A stretch of 64,000 bases of DNA, taken from Tangfeifania diversioriginum. Its GTDB lineage: Bacteria; Bacteroidota; Bacteroidia; Bacteroidales; Prolixibacteraceae. The stretch spans positions 9,091-73,090 of the forward strand of contig CAMCBW010000029.1 in assembly GCA_945873105.1 (NCBI GenBank). Direction: 5' to 3'. Positions 62,146 through 64,000 of the stretch are shown in pieces (positions within the stretch are counted from its first letter, which is position 1; each line of letters starts with the position of its first letter). A program made the translations under genes and the position numbers. The notes below the pieces were generated by a model. It made no database searches, was not told where the DNA came from, and was given only the letters and a program-made list of their open reading frames with translations.

Positions 62146-63069
62146 TTAAAAATTGTCCACCTTCCGGTAAGCCTCAATCAATGCCAGCTCACCCTCTTTC
62201 CCTTTGACACTGCGGCCATGCTCCATGCAGAGCGGATCATCATAGCCCTTGCTTTGGATGAACTTGAAGATGTTGGTGAAGTTGATCTCTCCTGTTCCTG
62301 GCTCTTTCCTGCCGGGATTGTCCCCCAGGTGAAGTGCGGCGATCTCGCTCCAGCAACCTTCCAGGTTGGGAATCAGATTGCCCTCTGTAATCTGTTGGTG
62401 GTAAAGGTCATCCACGATCTTGCAGGCGGGACTGTTCACCCCCCTGCAGATGGCATAGGTCTGGGGCATATCGGTCAGAAACAGTCCGGGATGGTTGAAT
62501 TTGTTGAGTGGTTCCAGCACAATGGTCATTCCTCCCTGGAGGGCGATTTCACTCAGTTCGCGCAAAATATCTATCACGTTGGCAGTTTGGTAACCCCAAT
62601 CCATCTTTTCGTTGTAACGTCCCGGAACCATCAGCGCCCATTTGAGACCGGTTCGCTGGCAGACTTCAACACCTGCCTTGACCTTGTCGACCAGCATCTG
62701 GCGGATTTCTGCATTTTTAAGCACCATCGACTCCTTGCTGAAATCAGCATAGAGGACAAAGGGTCCCATCTTCATGTTGAGGCGTGTCATCTCTGCGGTG
62801 ATCTTAGCCTGGTCTTCTACCGGCCGGCCCATGAAACCATTGTCGAACATGGCCCTGAATCCCTGATCGTTGCAGAATTTGATCTGATCGATCGGATCTT
62901 TGCCTGCCAGTTCATTGAAGGTCCCAAATCCGGGTGCATACCTCAATTTGAAAAATGCGCTGTTGGAGGGTTGGGCCTCCTGAAAACCGGGCATTCCGAA
63001 GAGGGAGCTGCCAGCACTGGTCAATACAGCGGCAGCGGCAGATTTTTGTATGAAATTTCTTCTTAGCAT
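62146..63069 (-). CDS. Xylose-isomerase-like TIM-barrel protein (sugar phosphate isomerase/epimerase, hydroxypyruvate-isomerase-like) with a Tat-type signal
   Basis: 307 aa. Twin-arginine N-terminus (MLRRNFIQKSAAAAVLTSAGS), and LEPLN and HLGD-type metal-binding blocks. Confidence 0.78.
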   Translation of the reverse strand: MLRRNFIQKSAAAAVLTSAGSSLFGMPGFQEAQPSNSAFFKLRYAPGFGTFNELAGKDPIDQIKFCNDQGFRAMFDNGFMGRPVEDQAKITAEMTRLNMKMGPFVLYADFSKESMVLKNAEIRQMLVDKVKAGVEVCQRTGLKWALMVPGRYNEKMDWGYQTANVIDILRELSEIALQGGMTIVLEPLNKFNHPGLFLTDMPQTYAICRGVNSPACKIVDDLYHQQITEGNLIPNLEGCWSEIAALHLGDNPGRKEPGTGEINFTNIFKFIQSKGYDDPLCMEHGRSVKGKEGELALIEAYRKVDNF

Positions 63070-63162
63070 AAGTTATTGGTTGTTTAATGGTCAATGCAAT
63101 TCATTCCGCGTGAACCTGTTGCTCAGCGGATCTTTCGTTGAATTGAGCCAATGGATGGATAT

Positions 63163-63378
63163 TTAGAAAATCAAAGATTCTTTCGGAACGATGATCCACA
63201 TGATCAGATAGGCCAGTACCCCGGTACCTCCGATCAGAACTGCCAATACAAAGATCAGTCGGATGATGGTTGGATCTATTTCAAAATAATCGGCAAGTCC
63301 TCCGCCTACTCCAGCAAGCATCTTGTCGCTGACCGATCTTTTCAATCGCTTGGGGCCCTCTTTTTGAATAATTTCCAT
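63163..63378 (-). CDS. PspC-domain membrane protein
   Basis: 71 aa with R....DKMLAGVGGGLADYFEIDPTIIRLIFVL plus one TM segment. Confidence 0.8.
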   Translation of the reverse strand: MEIIQKEGPKRLKRSVSDKMLAGVGGGLADYFEIDPTIIRLIFVLAVLIGGTGVLAYLIMWIIVPKESLIF

Positions 63379-63382
63379 GGTA

Positions 63383-63477
63383 AGTGATTAGTTATGAGTT
63401 ATAAGTTATGAGTTATAAGAAAACCAGTCTATTTGTGTTTTAAATTTTCACATTTTCACATTTTCCAATTTCCACAT
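63383..63477. repeat. Two tandem word arrays: TTATGAGT family (63383-63419) and ATTTTCAC family (63444-63477)
   Basis: The first is agtgattagttatgagttataagttatgagttataag, 5 nt from the PspC start codon. The second is aaattttcacattttcacattttccaatttccac, ending 3 nt before the stop of ORF 63480. Confidence 0.88.
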
Positions 63478-63479
63478 TG

Positions 63480-63740
63480 TTATTTATCCTCCTCTTCATC
63501 CAGTTTGTCCAATTCCTCTTCATAGTCAAGTTCAAGCTCCATAAACTCCTCCGCCTGTTCCAGCAGTTCAGCCTTCAGTTCGGCACTTTCGGGCTCCTCG
63601 TCAATCCAGTGAATCTCCTGATCCACATTGAATCCCTCCAGGTCACACCCTACAATAAAACGTGGCGCCTCCGTATGAATAATAAAGATGGTGTCGGGCA
63701 GTACCTGTGAGTTGTCTGCTAGTAAAAATTTTGGAAGCAT
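63480..63740 (-). CDS. Small hypothetical protein with a highly acidic C-terminus
   Basis: 86 aa from Met 63740 (MLPKFLLADNS...) with a C-terminal EELDKLDEEEDK. The longer 156-aa version has a low-complexity, non-protein-like N-terminus. Confidence 0.42.
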   Translation of the reverse strand: MLPKFLLADNSQVLPDTIFIIHTEAPRFIVGCDLEGFNVDQEIHWIDEEPESAELKAELLEQAEEFMELELDYEEELDKLDEEEDK

Positions 63741-64000
63741 GGTTTTGAATTTAAATGGGAATGGATGATTAAGATAATACCCCAAATATAAGTGTTTTTT
63801 TTGAACAGTTTCAGCGTGCGGGACAGACAGTTTTTTTTGTGTGTGTAATGGTACAGCAACTGCTTCCAGAAATGAAAAATATGACATATTAGCATGATAA
63901 TGAGGAGAATGTGACTTTTTGACAGATCGTTCAGGGGTGGTGAATGTCATTTTGTCCTGGGGATTTTGCCGGGTTTTGTATCATTGGGCTGATAATTAAT

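Noticed and set aside
17624-63477. The short tandem arrays and the 21-bp x 11 array as possible CRISPR loci.
   Set aside because: Units are 7-21 nt and directly adjacent, with no unique spacers of 25-40 nt. There are no cas genes in the window.

Overview
The window is a 64 kb chromosomal segment that looks like an anaerobic Bacteroidota genome. That assignment is an inference from three things: TAnnTTTG promoter boxes about 20 nt upstream of start codons, an 11-subunit nuo operon without nuoEFG, and gene content such as an OlsF-like acyltransferase, LysO, a sialate O-acetylesterase and ECF/DUF4097 genes. About 60 protein genes are supportable. I found no rRNA, tRNA, CRISPR array, transposase or integrase.

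Gene content in order:
- TolC/TetR efflux genes.
- A sensor kinase with an unusual FG-GAP/ASPIC sensor, followed by a NarL-type regulator and a lipoprotein.
- A sialate O-acetylesterase and a TlpA-like thioredoxin-fold protein.
- An ECF sigma / anti-sigma / DUF4097 operon.
- AlaX, a 1097-aa UvrD/RecB-type helicase-nuclease and a PaaI thioesterase.
- An AT-rich accessory island at about 19.5-24.8 kb: an orphan membrane protein, an m5C methyltransferase with a putative restriction enzyme, an RDD protein and a HigBA-like pair.
- A minus-strand run of lysO, two small beta-barrel outer membrane proteins, an FGGY kinase, an AEC transporter and YeeE.
- An esterase, ygiQ, an OlsF-like lipid acyltransferase, an ADP-forming acyl-CoA synthetase and nupG.
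- A small ParE toxin-antitoxin islet.
- A long minus-strand cluster: porin, paaK, ACT protein, pheA, flavodoxin, aminotransferase and a four-subunit 2-oxoacid:ferredoxin oxidoreductase.
- cls and nuoA-D,H-N (nuoABCDHIJKLMN, no nuoEFG).
- DUF1080, a TIM-barrel isomerase, PspC and a small acidic protein.

Two things stand out.
1. The accessory island is built from co-oriented modules separated by 60-130 bp structured spacers with TAAC...GTTA ends. This resembles an integron cassette array with attC-like sites and no integrase in view.
2. At least ten intergenic arrays of 7-14 bp tandem words, plus one 21-bp x 11 array, sit directly against stop or start codons. Most are paired as inverted arms. 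Two word families recur at distant loci.

I could run no database search or folding computation. All family calls rest on motifs read from the translations.
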